A stretch of 64,000 bases of DNA from Candidatus Cloacimonadales bacterium (GCA_963662655.2 CAXXTU010000002.1:3040001-3104000); one strand, 5' to 3'; counted from the first letter of the stretch, positions 26,562 through 36,865 are shown. A program made the numbers and translations. Notes: generated by a model not told the origin, from the sequence alone.

Positions 26562-29500
26562 TTATTTCAGAAGCATCATCTTCCGGATTTCCGAATAATC
26601 GCTGGTTTTCAAGCGATAGAAGTAAATACCGCTGGCAACAGGGCGTCCCGTGCTGTCGTCTCCGCGCCATACGATATGGTCATCACCGGTAACAACACGT
26701 TCCGTAAACAGGGTTTTAACCTTCTGTCCCTTGATGTTGTATATGGTAAGCGATGCTTTGACCAGGTCGCCGTAAGTTCCCTTGATGCTGAATTTGATGT
26801 CCGTTTGCGGATTGAACGGATTCGGGAAGTTTCCACGAAGGTTCGTAACCTCACAGACAGGTACAGGTATTTCACCATCTTCCGTCACGATAGCGCTAAC
26901 AGGACCGTGGAACGAAGAATAACCGTTATTCTGATAGCTCTCAATCCAGTAGAAGTACATGGTGTTCTCTTCAGTATCGGTATCTTCGAATGTGTACCCG
27001 GATTCCTGGGTCGTATTGAAGGCTTCGATCATGCTTGGCGTGAGGCGAATCGCATCCGCAACCTCCGGCGTCTCCGAGCGAAGTACGTGGTAACCCTGCA
27101 TGTCGCTTTCGGTTTGGACAGACCAGGTGAGAAGAACACTGCCTGTATTGCTTGGAGCAGCCATGAACGAAGCGAATGTTACGGGAAGTGTCTGGCCCGG
27201 ATCGAGCGCGCCAGGCGTTCCGTTATCCGAATCATCGGTCAGCCATTCATCCTCTGTGTTGTGAACAAATTTCGTGTCCGCAGGAACGTTCGGTGTGCTG
27301 CCGAGAGAGCTTGCGCGCGTTGTTGGGTCAAACAAGTCGTAGGCCGCACCGCTGGTTAAACCGAGCGTCGTGCTTCCTGAAATGTAGTTCACGGTTTCGG
27401 TAATTCCCCAAGCTGCGGTGAATGCGGCGTAATCAGCGCCACCGCCGATCAGAAGGAAATACCCCGGGCGAATAGTGGTTCCATCCGGAATGGTGTAATA
27501 CGTTCCGGTTGGTGTGAAGTTGCCCATGCCGTCATCTGTACCGACACGAATCTGGAATCCACTCAAGTCGACGGTGTAGCCGACATTTGTCTTGAGCTCT
27601 ATGTAGCCGGTTGCTTCGTTCTCACCAGTCTTGTTGTCGCAGACCTCGGTGATAAATGTGTTTTCGGCAGTGGCCGGTGATTCGGAGACCATTACATCAT
27701 CGATACAAACGCCATAACCGTAGTCGGTAAGGCCTTCAAAGGCTATCCAGTATGTTGATGAAAGGTTTGGAAGGTCAATAACGCGAACTTGCCACGTGGC
27801 TACCGCGCCATCATAGTATTGCAATTCATTCCATGCTCCACCCGCCGTGTTTTTGTAGTACACGGTAAGAACGTCCTGATCGCTTCCCCATGGGACCTGA
27901 GCGTGTGCGAACGTCATGTGAGCGCAACCAACGCCGGTGAAATCGAGCTGTGGGGTGATCAATTTGGTTGATGTGTTCGTATAGCTGGCCAGCGACAGGC
28001 ATGCGTTATATTCACCGCTGTGCGCTGAGGACGGGTTATTGGAGCCACCGCCATTCCGGAATGTCCAGTCGTTGGTTCCCATATTGTATTCCTGCGTCCA
28101 GGCCGAAGGCATGTTTCCGCCGTTCTCAAAGTCCTCCGACCATGGAAGAGTCGTGTCAAACGGGTCGGCTTCGACGGTGAAATACCAATCGGGACAATCG
28201 CTGGCAAGGCCGTTGTTGTTATAAGGTACTACCTCCCAGTAGTAGGTCATGCCATATAGAAGGTCATCAAAGCCATCGTCGCTTGGGTCGTATGATGTCA
28301 CGTTGCCAAGGTCTTTATCCTGGCAAATATAATTATTGGCACGAGTGCCATCGTCGTACCACATGCTCATCCTGTATCCGTTTGCGCCGGCCGCTGCACT
28401 CCAGCTGAGGTTTGTATGGTATCCTATGTTCGTTGCGCCGATAATCGGAGTAGGATTGGATGCAGGGTCTGGGGCGGAGCCGACGTTGTAGATCATTACA
28501 TCGTCGACGCAAGCGCCATAGCCATAACCTTGCAAGGCATCAAACGCGATCCAGTATGTCGAGGTGGGATTCGGAAGCTCGACGCTTTCATGGGTCCAGC
28601 TTTCAATTGATGTGGTGAATTCCTGGCCCGGCAACAAGGTCCATGCTCCGGACGGTGAATTCTTGTAGTATACCCGTAATTCGTCCTGGTCAGGACTCCA
28701 TTCGAACTGGCAATGATAGTAGTCGAGGAAAGGGCTGGCAACATCGGTAAAGTCGATCATGGGTGTGATAAGTCTGGTTCGATACATAGTCGAGCTATTA
28801 CCGTAGTAGAAGCAGGCGTTGTACGAGCCGCTATGGGGGGCGCCTGGATTGCCGTCTTCTCCACCGTACTGGAAGGTCCAGTCGTTCGTTCCATTCACGA
28901 AATCCTGTGTCCAGCCAAAAGGAATGGCTCCACCATTTTCAAAGCCCTGGTTGTAAGGCAGGTCTCCCGAGTAGATTGTTTGGTCTTCCATCGTTGTGAA
29001 GCTTTCTGTTGTGCAGCCAGATGAGACACCTTTGCCATTGTATGCCTCAACATACCAGTAATAAGTTGTCTCATAGGGTAATGGTGATGAAATGGGGAAT
29101 TCATCGGTGAAGCCGATATTGACCCCGTTATAGATATTGGTCGGTGGATCGTCCGTGCCGAAGTATATATTGTAACCGAGAGGTACATTGTTGGCATGTG
29201 TCCAGCTGAGCGTCGGCATTGTAGAGGCGCCTGTCACGCCGGCAACAGGAGCAACCAGGACAGGGCAATCCGGAGCAGCAGTAACTTCCTGTATCAGTAT
29301 GTCATCGAGCATGAGAAAGGTGTCGGTGCCATCTGTTCCAGGAGTTGCATAGTTCATGCCAATGAAGAAAGGTCCAGCGCCGGTTGGGGTAAACTCAATG
29401 GCGAATGGCTCATAAGCGCCGTTCTCCGGAAGAATGCCGCCAAGGATAGGATTGACCATCGAAGCCGAGTTTTGTGAATCTCCCCACCAGATGCTGAAAG

Positions 29501-30689
29501 TCTGGCTTCCATACAATGCTGCATAGTAGCACATCAGCTGATAGGTGCTGCCGGGCGTGAAATCGAATGCGGGTGTGTAGGCCCAGTCATCGGCGGTCGA
29601 TGGCGTATTGGAGTTGATCCCTGCAGAGTATGAACCGGAATTAGGGAAGCCCGTGTACAGGCTCCAGTTCTGGTTGTCGCCGTTCTCATTGACGATATAC
29701 CAGTAGGGCGCAGCTGCCTCGAAGTCTTGTGAATAGGGCAGCGTCAACGGGCTGTAGGTCGTGAAAGACCATACCGGGCAATCCAAGGCGTCGCCATTGT
29801 CATTGCTTGGAACAACCTGCCAGTAGTAGGTGGTTCCGAAGTTCAGGGTTGCGGGGATATAGCTGGTATTGGGATATTGATCCGTACCGTTCACGATGTT
29901 TGTGGGGGGATTGTCCGTACCGAAATAGAGATAATATGCCGTAGGTCCGCCGCCACCTGATTCCCACATAAGCGCGGTATTGATATCGACACCATCCTCT
30001 GCCTGGTCTGGCTGAATCTGCATTGCACATTCCGGAGGAGTAACTACCTCTTCGGCGTAGATATGCACGTCATCCACACACCAGTAGTATCCATACGTAC
30101 CGGTGTAATGCCACATCACTTTCACCTGGCTGCTTCCGGCAGCGATGGCTGTTATATCATAAGAAAGCAGCGTGGCATTGGTTGGTATTGTAGATGTCCA
30201 AGTCTGAAGGTCTGTCCATGAGGCTCCGTTATTGCCACTGACAGAAACTGTCGCTGAGCTTGCATAGTGCCTGTAATAGTGCTCGAACTCGAGCGTAATC
30301 TCATAGCCTGTAAAGCTGGAACAATCGATCGCGGAAGTGATCAGATCGGCATCCTGGGTGTGGCCTGATCCGTATTCATCGCTATCCAAAATAGCAAAGC
30401 CGTTTGCATTCGTCGTTGAATTGAATGTTCTGCCAGCGGGATTGTCGAATTCCCAAATCTGACCTTCGCCTTCATGATCGATGTTTTCCCAGCCGGCTGG
30501 TAAACCGCTGGAAAAATCCTCAGTCAGGATGTCGGTTACAGATGCACGAGTATGAGTCGATCGGGGAGTATGCGCAGTTTCTTTTCCCCAGTACTCTTTT
30601 TGGATGTTGGGCATCTTATCCTTGGATACTGCCGTAAGGGCAGCAAACACAAGGAACACAGCGATGAAAACAAACATTGTTTTTTTCAT
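26562..30689 (-). CDS. Giant secreted adhesin-like protein (cleaved-adhesin/MAM-like and Ig-like repeats, lamin-tail-like domain, C-terminal sorting domain)
   Basis: Start MKKTMFVFIA after AAAGGAG; repeated 'LP(Y/W)..(D/G)FE...LITP..DFT...YWIAF...CVDDV'; 'FITEVCD..GYIEL'; NFPNPFNPQT...ASGIYFYRL...RKMMLLK. Confidence 0.85.
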   Translation of the reverse strand: MKKTMFVFIAVFLVFAALTAVSKDKMPNIQKEYWGKETAHTPRSTHTRASVTDILTEDFSSGLPAGWENIDHEGEGQIWEFDNPAGRTFNSTTNANGFAILDSDEYGSGHTQDADLITSAIDCSSFTGYEITLEFEHYYRHYASSATVSVSGNNGASWTDLQTWTSTIPTNATLLSYDITAIAAGSSQVKVMWHYTGTYGYYWCVDDVHIYAEEVVTPPECAMQIQPDQAEDGVDINTALMWESGGGGPTAYYLYFGTDNPPTNIVNGTDQYPNTSYIPATLNFGTTYYWQVVPSNDNGDALDCPVWSFTTYSPLTLPYSQDFEAAAPYWYIVNENGDNQNWSLYTGFPNSGSYSAGINSNTPSTADDWAYTPAFDFTPGSTYQLMCYYAALYGSQTFSIWWGDSQNSASMVNPILGGILPENGAYEPFAIEFTPTGAGPFFIGMNYATPGTDGTDTFLMLDDILIQEVTAAPDCPVLVAPVAGVTGASTMPTLSWTHANNVPLGYNIYFGTDDPPTNIYNGVNIGFTDEFPISSPLPYETTYYWYVEAYNGKGVSSGCTTESFTTMEDQTIYSGDLPYNQGFENGGAIPFGWTQDFVNGTNDWTFQYGGEDGNPGAPHSGSYNACFYYGNSSTMYRTRLITPMIDFTDVASPFLDYYHCQFEWSPDQDELRVYYKNSPSGAWTLLPGQEFTTSIESWTHESVELPNPTSTYWIAFDALQGYGYGACVDDVMIYNVGSAPDPASNPTPIIGATNIGYHTNLSWSAAAGANGYRMSMWYDDGTRANNYICQDKDLGNVTSYDPSDDGFDDLLYGMTYYWEVVPYNNNGLASDCPDWYFTVEADPFDTTLPWSEDFENGGNMPSAWTQEYNMGTNDWTFRNGGGSNNPSSAHSGEYNACLSLASYTNTSTKLITPQLDFTGVGCAHMTFAHAQVPWGSDQDVLTVYYKNTAGGAWNELQYYDGAVATWQVRVIDLPNLSSTYWIAFEGLTDYGYGVCIDDVMVSESPATAENTFITEVCDNKTGENEATGYIELKTNVGYTVDLSGFQIRVGTDDGMGNFTPTGTYYTIPDGTTIRPGYFLLIGGGADYAAFTAAWGITETVNYISGSTTLGLTSGAAYDLFDPTTRASSLGSTPNVPADTKFVHNTEDEWLTDDSDNGTPGALDPGQTLPVTFASFMAAPSNTGSVLLTWSVQTESDMQGYHVLRSETPEVADAIRLTPSMIEAFNTTQESGYTFEDTDTEENTMYFYWIESYQNNGYSSFHGPVSAIVTEDGEIPVPVCEVTNLRGNFPNPFNPQTDIKFSIKGTYGDLVKASLTIYNIKGQKVKTLFTERVVTGDDHIVWRGDDSTGRPVASGIYFYRLKTSDYSEIRKMMLLK

Positions 30690-30874
30690 AGCTTCTTCTC
30701 CTTTACGTATGTATTTTCTGTGTGGAAACATTCTTGAATTTGCCAAATAACGAAACGCATTTTTAAAAAAGATAACCGCATAACAATAACAACCTCTCTC
30801 ATATCTCCTTGTATGACTGATGGTTAACGCTCTGCAATATGGATTGCGACACACACAACCCTTTCAATAAATCA

Positions 30875-30904
30875 ATTATAAGGGGTTTGTAAAATTATTG
30901 TCAA
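30875..30904 (-). promoter_or_regulatory. Consensus sigma70 promoter
   Basis: TTGACA-N18-TATAAT on the minus strand, about 185 nt upstream of the 30689 start. Confidence 0.7.
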
Positions 30905-30952
30905 ATATTTTTTATTCTGAGAAAACGCAACATGTGATGGAGCTAAAATGAA

Positions 30953-31987
30953 CTATTCTTCAGATTTATAGCCTGCTTTCTCCCATCCGGTATAACCGGC
31001 ATGCATGTGATAGATACATGCCAGGCCCATATCCCGAAGCGCTTCCAGGGCCTTCGCGCTCCTCACGCCGCTTTTACAGTAAACCAGGCAGCAACCTCCG
31101 TGAATCGTCCGGGCAAATCTGTCTGAGAATCCGGAATCGAGGATATCGATGTTCACTGCGTTCGGGAGGTGACCGCTTTCAAATTCTTCCGGCGTACGAA
31201 CGTCTAAAACGAAGACTTCACGACCCGACTCGATGATTTTGAGCGCTTCTTCCGGAGTAACATCGATTAAATCGGTTACGGCCGTCGACCTTTTCTCGAC
31301 CTTGAGAGCAACTGCTCCGAATATATTCATGCTCCTGCTTTCAACTGACACCCAGATAGATTCACGGATGTCTTCACTCAATCTGGATGTGTCAATATCA
31401 ACCCGCATCCATCCCGATTCACCCGAGCCGAGAACTTCCGGTATAAAGCGGACGATGGCGTGTTTCAACGAGTCTCTCAGCGAAAGCCTCAAAGTGTCGC
31501 CGCAACAGTTTTTCATGCGGAAGCATTCACTTATGTATAATGTATGGGGCGAGTACGGGATTGTTATCGTGTTTTCCTTGATGAGAAGATGCCCGATGGT
31601 CTTGCGGAACTTGTTCGGATCGGGGATGACCGTACCGTCGATCGAGAGCTCGACATCGGGGATATTTTCAGCAAAAACCACGCGAGCGTTCTTTCTGAAA
31701 TCCCCCGGGCGATCGTCGGGATCGTATGAGATGCGAACTTCACCCGATTCTCCAGGGGGGATGGACCCGGCTGACCAACCGGAAGATGTGCATCCGCATG
31801 TCGCAATTACATCGCGGATCCTCACGGGGGAGTCGGACAGATTCTTGAATGGGAAAACAACTTCGCTTGGCCCGGTTTCCTCGAGGATCAGGCCGTAGCG
31901 GTGTTCGGTAAAATCGAACTCAACGCCTTGAGCGATGAGCGTGCCCAGGAGGAGTGTCAGGAATGGAATGAGAAGAAATCGTTTCAT
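30953..31987 (-). CDS. Secreted DUF1573 (Ig-like) plus rhodanese-domain protein
   Basis: Signal peptide; ATCGCT...IPPGESGEV; LDVRTPEEFESGHLPNA, VYCKSGVRS. Confidence 0.8.
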   Translation of the reverse strand: MKRFLLIPFLTLLLGTLIAQGVEFDFTEHRYGLILEETGPSEVVFPFKNLSDSPVRIRDVIATCGCTSSGWSAGSIPPGESGEVRISYDPDDRPGDFRKNARVVFAENIPDVELSIDGTVIPDPNKFRKTIGHLLIKENTITIPYSPHTLYISECFRMKNCCGDTLRLSLRDSLKHAIVRFIPEVLGSGESGWMRVDIDTSRLSEDIRESIWVSVESRSMNIFGAVALKVEKRSTAVTDLIDVTPEEALKIIESGREVFVLDVRTPEEFESGHLPNAVNIDILDSGFSDRFARTIHGGCCLVYCKSGVRSAKALEALRDMGLACIYHMHAGYTGWEKAGYKSEE

Positions 31988-32064
31988 TGTTTGTCCCATG
32001 AGTTCATAAATATACGAACGGCAAAGACGGGGTCAAACTTTTTCTAGCGGAAGCTTACAAAGAT

Positions 32065-33168
32065 TCAGGATTGTTCTAAAATGCCCCGTACTTTTTTCGC
32101 GATTGCAAGGGAGGCGGTGAGTCCGGGGGATTCGATGCCCATCAGGTTGATGAAGCGCGGCAAACCGCGCTCGGATTCTTCACGAATATAGAAATCCCTG
32201 AAAGCTCCGCCGGGTTTCTGGAGTTTAGGGCGGATGCCGCAGTCGTCGGGAGAAAAGAACTCGGGATCTACATCGATGTACTGAGTGACGGCTGCGAGAA
32301 ATTCCGGCTTGTTCCTCTCGTCCATCGCGTAATTGATCTCGTTCACGTAATAGGCGTTGGGGCCGAACCGGACTTCGCCGTTCAGGTTGATTGTCAGGTG
32401 GATTCCCAGAAATTTCCCCTGCGGGTCCGGCATGGGATAAACCAGATGCTTGATTCCCGAAAGATGGGTCGTCTTGAAATACTCCCCTTTGCACCAGTGG
32501 ATTTGCAAGTCGGATGCAACGGTATCGATTCCGGCCATTTTCGCGATTTGCTCAGAAAACAATCCGCCGCAGTTGATCAGGATTCTCGTCTGGAAGATTT
32601 CACCACCGGGAAAATGCACCCGGTAACCGTCTTCGATCTTCTCGATGTTCTCGACCGGCATATCGTATATGACGAAACCGTCCTTCTCCTCGATCAGGTC
32701 GGCGAGTCTCTTCATATAGGAATGCGTGTCGAAAATTCCCGTGGATGGAACCCACAGCCCCCTGATGGCCGTAACCGTCGGTTCGATCTCATGACACTGA
32801 TCGCCGTCGATCAATTGCAGCCCTTCAACACGATTGTTCACTCCATTACGATGGAGGGCTTCCAGCGCTACGAGCTCGTCTTCCTTGGTGGCCACGACAA
32901 TCTTACCGCAATTGGCGTGAGGGATGTCGTATTTCTGGCAGAAATCGTAGAGCATGCCGTTGCCTTCGAGGCAAAGCAGCGCTTTATCTGTGTTCTGCGG
33001 ATAATAGATGCCCGAGTGGATCACTTCGCTGTTCCGGCTGCTGGTGTGCCTTCCAAAAGAGTCTTCCTTTTCCACAACGACCACGTCGCCGCATGTTCCC
33101 GCAAGCTCGTATCCGATGGCGAGTCCAACAGCTCCCGCACCGATAATCAGGACATCCATCTGTTCCAT
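32065..33168 (-). CDS. FAD-dependent oxidoreductase, L-2-hydroxyglutarate oxidase-like
   Basis: IIGAGAVG, HTSSRNSEVIHSGIYY, LGIHLT, GIRPKL, GIESPGLTAS. Confidence 0.88.
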   Translation of the reverse strand: MEQMDVLIIGAGAVGLAIGYELAGTCGDVVVVEKEDSFGRHTSSRNSEVIHSGIYYPQNTDKALLCLEGNGMLYDFCQKYDIPHANCGKIVVATKEDELVALEALHRNGVNNRVEGLQLIDGDQCHEIEPTVTAIRGLWVPSTGIFDTHSYMKRLADLIEEKDGFVIYDMPVENIEKIEDGYRVHFPGGEIFQTRILINCGGLFSEQIAKMAGIDTVASDLQIHWCKGEYFKTTHLSGIKHLVYPMPDPQGKFLGIHLTINLNGEVRFGPNAYYVNEINYAMDERNKPEFLAAVTQYIDVDPEFFSPDDCGIRPKLQKPGGAFRDFYIREESERGLPRFINLMGIESPGLTASLAIAKKVRGILEQS

Positions 33169-33185
33169 GTGATTGTATACCTTAC

Positions 33186-34040
33186 TTAGAGTCGTATGTT
33201 GTCGATAAGCCGTGTTGCGCCCATCTTCACCGCGATGAGAATCCGATCCCCCGGCCTCACGCGATCCACGGATTGCAGAGTCTGGGAGTCAACCATCTCG
33301 ATGTAATCGATCACGCCGCCATTCTTCTCAATATGGTCTTCCATCTTCGAGCGAAGCTCCGGGGATTCGTTGATGCCGCCCATGAAGGCTTTCTTTGCCA
33401 TATCCAGCGATTCGGAGAGGCATAACGCCCGTTTTCGCTGATCGGGATCGAGATATTTGTTACGTGAGGACATCGCGAGTCCATCCGGTTCCCTGACGAT
33501 GGGGCAGCGGACGATCCTCGTGGAGAAATTCAGGTCGCGAATCATGGTTTCCAGCACAACGATCTGCTGAAAATCCTTCTCACCCATATACATGAAATCC
33601 GGATTGACGATGTTCATCAGCTTGGCAACGACGGTCGCGACGCCGCGAAAATGGGTCGGGCGCGACTTCCCGCAGAGGATTCCCGAGATATCGTCTACCG
33701 CGATGAATGTCTTGTAGCCGGCGGGGTACATGCTCTCGTTGCTTGGGAAAAACACGTAATCTACGCCTTCATTCCGCAGAAGCTCGAGATCGTGATCCAG
33801 GTCGCGGGGGTATTTGTCGAGGTCTTCCCCCGGGGCGAACTGGGTGGGATTGACGAAGATGCTCACGAAAACGACATCGCAGCTCTCTTTCGCGGCTCTC
33901 ACCAGGCTGAGATGCCCTTCGTGGAGATAGCCCATAGTGGGAACGAAGCCGATCGTCTTCCCTTCACGCACGAGTTTGTTCGAGCGTTCCCGGGTTTCTT
34001 CGATGGTCTCGATTACCGTGAGGCTCATAGCACGTGCCAT
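33186..34040 (-). CDS. panC: Pantoate--beta-alanine ligase
   Basis: VPTMGYLHEGH, SIFVNPTQF, RPTHFRGV, GEKDFQQ, GLAMSSRN, TRLIDN. Confidence 0.97.
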   Translation of the reverse strand: MARAMSLTVIETIEETRERSNKLVREGKTIGFVPTMGYLHEGHLSLVRAAKESCDVVFVSIFVNPTQFAPGEDLDKYPRDLDHDLELLRNEGVDYVFFPSNESMYPAGYKTFIAVDDISGILCGKSRPTHFRGVATVVAKLMNIVNPDFMYMGEKDFQQIVVLETMIRDLNFSTRIVRCPIVREPDGLAMSSRNKYLDPDQRKRALCLSESLDMAKKAFMGGINESPELRSKMEDHIEKNGGVIDYIEMVDSQTLQSVDRVRPGDRILIAVKMGATRLIDNIRL

Positions 34041-34384
34041 TTCTTGTTGTCGGGGCTGTCGATCACCACGACGTTTGGCCGGTATTCTTTCATCTCGGTC
34101 TCGTCGAGCATGCCGTAGTTGACAACGATGATCTTGTCGCCGCGATGGACCATGCGTGCCGCAGCGCCATTCACGCCGATGATGCCGGAGCCGGCTTCAC
34201 CCTTCAAAATATATGTCTCGAACCGGTTGCCGTTTTCGATATCGAAGATGGCCACCTGCTCGAATTCAACCATTCCGGTCGCTTTCAAAATGTCTTCGTC
34301 GATGGTTATACTGCCGACGTAATCGAGGTCGGTCTCGGTTATCACCGCTCGATGTATCTTCGAGAGCAGTTTTGAGCGTAACAT
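34025..34384 (-). CDS. panD: Aspartate 1-decarboxylase
   Basis: SKIHRA, YVGSITID (Gly-Ser self-cleavage site), NGNRFETY, NGAAAR. Confidence 0.96.
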   Translation of the reverse strand: MLRSKLLSKIHRAVITETDLDYVGSITIDEDILKATGMVEFEQVAIFDIENGNRFETYILKGEAGSGIIGVNGAAARMVHRGDKIIVVNYGMLDETEMKEYRPNVVVIDSPDNKKWHVL

Positions 34385-34653
34385 ATTCTCCTGCCTTTAT
34401 CCTGATTACCTCTCGAGGTAATGCAATTATTTATCGATCCTTCACCTTCTTAGAAAAGGTAGATGAATCGGGCGCAATCTACCAGTAAAATTTACGGTTA
34501 CGCCCTTGAGGTAATTCTTTGGATTGGCCGGATTCGTCAATGTATTTTTGGGATGAGATGATTGCCGGGACACAAGACATCATACCAACAAACCCCGATG
34601 CGTTTGGGACGGACTTGTCTTCAGGGAATCTTATGTAAAACCTCTGGGATGCG

Positions 34654-35238
34654 TCAATCGTAGATTTCTTCTACCTTCTTGAGAACAGGCACCAGTTCGT
34701 ATTCGATCATGTCCGCGAGGAGGATCCAGTCTTTGTTCTGCTGGACGTCGATCAGCTCGCTGAGCTTGGCGCTGAACATCCTGACGTATTCCTGTCCCTT
34801 GTGCTCACCGATCGGGGTGGTGTTGAAGTCTCGCCCCATGAGAACGAAAGCTTCCTGCAAGACGGTGAAGAAGGCTTGCAGGTTCTCGATGGATTGAACC
34901 AGCCGCGAATTGGCCGTCGTTTCGTCCTCCAGGCGGAATCCTTCGGCGGTCAGCTCGAGGTCTTGCACCAGCTTACCGAGCTGCTCGCGGGTGTCGTTGA
35001 AGGCATTGCGGCCGATGACGGCGGCGTCTTCAGTGGCGATGTCCATCTCGTCCTCGTTCATCAGGAAGATGCGATCCTGCTTCTGATGCCAGTTTTTTTC
35101 CAGAGGTCTATCGTTCAGCTTGATATCGATGATGAGCTGTGTAGGTGGAAGATTCAAGCTGGAAAGCGCTTTGCCCAGATGATCGACTGTTGCGATCTCA
35201 AACGTTTTCTCCATTCCGTTAACGCGGATTTTCATCAA
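34654..35238 (-). CDS. Hypothetical protein of the type found beside flagellin-glycosylation (Maf) genes
   Basis: C-terminal helical motif DWILLADMIEYELVP; overlaps the GT9 gene end. Confidence 0.6.
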   Translation of the reverse strand: MMKIRVNGMEKTFEIATVDHLGKALSSLNLPPTQLIIDIKLNDRPLEKNWHQKQDRIFLMNEDEMDIATEDAAVIGRNAFNDTREQLGKLVQDLELTAEGFRLEDETTANSRLVQSIENLQAFFTVLQEAFVLMGRDFNTTPIGEHKGQEYVRMFSAKLSELIDVQQNKDWILLADMIEYELVPVLKKVEEIYD

Positions 35239-36865
35239 GGGCCTCCTTGGTGTAATCTTTTAATAGACGTAACATCACGCCGAGCTGAAGCTCCAGGTTC
35301 CGGTAGAGCGTGATCGTACTCCTCAGAAGCTGGTTCATGTCGTCTCCGGTGAGGGCGCTCTCGCGGAACTCGGCATAATGGAAAACATCGAAGAACCCGT
35401 CGATGCCCCTGGCGGAGTCAAATATCTCGTTTTTCAGCTTTTTAACAGAGCTCCACGCGCTTCTGATTTTGTCAATTGATTTCTTGTCGCGATGGTTGAT
35501 ATCGCGCAAGGCTTCCAGTTGCGTAATATAATCTGCAACCAGCCTTTGCAGATTTCCGAGCAAGGATTTCTCCTCCGTATAATCATGCGAAGAAAGGAAA
35601 TAGTGCTCCTTCAGGTACGCAATGGTTTTCGCAGCCCAGTCGGTCTTGGGATCGATGTCCGTGAGAAGGCTCAACGCCCAAACGGCCCGTTTGAACTCGA
35701 AGAACAGCTCGCGTTTGCGGATGGCGCGCTTTCGGGCTGGAACCTGATGCTGGAGCCCGAAGATGTCTTTGACACCCCTCCACGTAAGGACTTGCTCGTA
35801 AGATTGCACGGCTTCATTGCGCAGCATCGCGCTTGCTGCTTCATACACGGTTTCCGGGGTAATGTAATGGTGGCAGTTCAGGTGACTGCATTGCGTATCG
35901 AAGCGGCAGGGATGGCACTCGATATCCGCTTGCAGAATGATCGACTTCTCGCTGTAGGGTCCCGTCTCCCATAGACTCACCGGCCCGAGCGACAGGTTGA
36001 GTATGGGGATGTCGCAGGCCGCGGCGATATGCATGGGGCCGGTATCGTTGGTGATTAGAAGATCGAGTCCCGCGATGACGGCAGTCAGTTGATCGAGGTT
36101 GCAGCCGCCAATCAGGTCGATAAAGTTTTCGTGCCGGATGTCTCCAAAAAGCGGTTTGAGAGAAGCTTCCTTGTATCCGCCCAAGAGCAGGATTTTGCAG
36201 GATCGTTCTCGTAAAAGCATCTGCATCACCCGGTGGAATTTCTCCGGCTCCCAGGCCTTGTTCGACTGGCTGGCTCCAATGTGAAATCCAACCACCGGTA
36301 TTCCGGAAAGGCTCTTGGATTGCCAGAGTTGATCCTTGAAATTCCCGGCCTCTTCCGAGTAATTGAGACGGAAAAGTTCATGCCTTACCCGCGCTCCGCC
36401 GACACCTGCGAAGATATCCACCAGATTGAAGGTGCGGTCGCCCAGATTGTGTTCGTTTGCCAGATGTGCGGCGGTCCACTCGGAATTGATGGACTGCTCG
36501 CGGTCGCGATTCATGTGCATGCCCAGGATTTTTTTCGCCGGGATCAGCGCACAGAGGATGGAAGATTGTATGGACACCACCGGATTGACCACGATGTCGT
36601 AACGCCGTTCATTCAACTGAGCCGCGACACGCTGGATTTCCAGGAAAGCGGGACGGAAATCGCTCTGGATTTCTTCGACGACCGGCTTGTCGTCAATGGT
36701 GAACACGTTGTGCAAGCGCGGGAAGTTTTCGAGGATTTTCTTGAACGAGGACATCGCCAGATAATCGATCTCGGCGTCGGGGTACTTCTCGTAAAGACCG
36801 TTGACCAGCCCGAGTGTCTGGATGATGTCTCCCATGCGGGTCAGGTTGATGATGAGGATTCTCAT
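35219..36865 (-). CDS. Glycosyltransferase family 9 (heptosyltransferase-like) with C-terminal extension
   Basis: LTRMGDIIQ, GASQSNKAW, ITNDTGPMHIAAA, CHPC. Confidence 0.88.
   Translation of the reverse strand: MRILIINLTRMGDIIQTLGLVNGLYEKYPDAEIDYLAMSSFKKILENFPRLHNVFTIDDKPVVEEIQSDFRPAFLEIQRVAAQLNERRYDIVVNPVVSIQSSILCALIPAKKILGMHMNRDREQSINSEWTAAHLANEHNLGDRTFNLVDIFAGVGGARVRHELFRLNYSEEAGNFKDQLWQSKSLSGIPVVGFHIGASQSNKAWEPEKFHRVMQMLLRERSCKILLLGGYKEASLKPLFGDIRHENFIDLIGGCNLDQLTAVIAGLDLLITNDTGPMHIAAACDIPILNLSLGPVSLWETGPYSEKSIILQADIECHPCRFDTQCSHLNCHHYITPETVYEAASAMLRNEAVQSYEQVLTWRGVKDIFGLQHQVPARKRAIRKRELFFEFKRAVWALSLLTDIDPKTDWAAKTIAYLKEHYFLSSHDYTEEKSLLGNLQRLVADYITQLEALRDINHRDKKSIDKIRSAWSSVKKLKNEIFDSARGIDGFFDVFHYAEFRESALTGDDMNQLLRSTITLYRNLELQLGVMLRLLKDYTKEALDENPR

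Noticed and set aside
30686..30802. 38-codon upstream ORF whose TGA overlaps the ATG of the 30689 gene
   Set aside because: SD-ATG spacing is only about 2 nt and the peptide has no features; translation cannot be supported.
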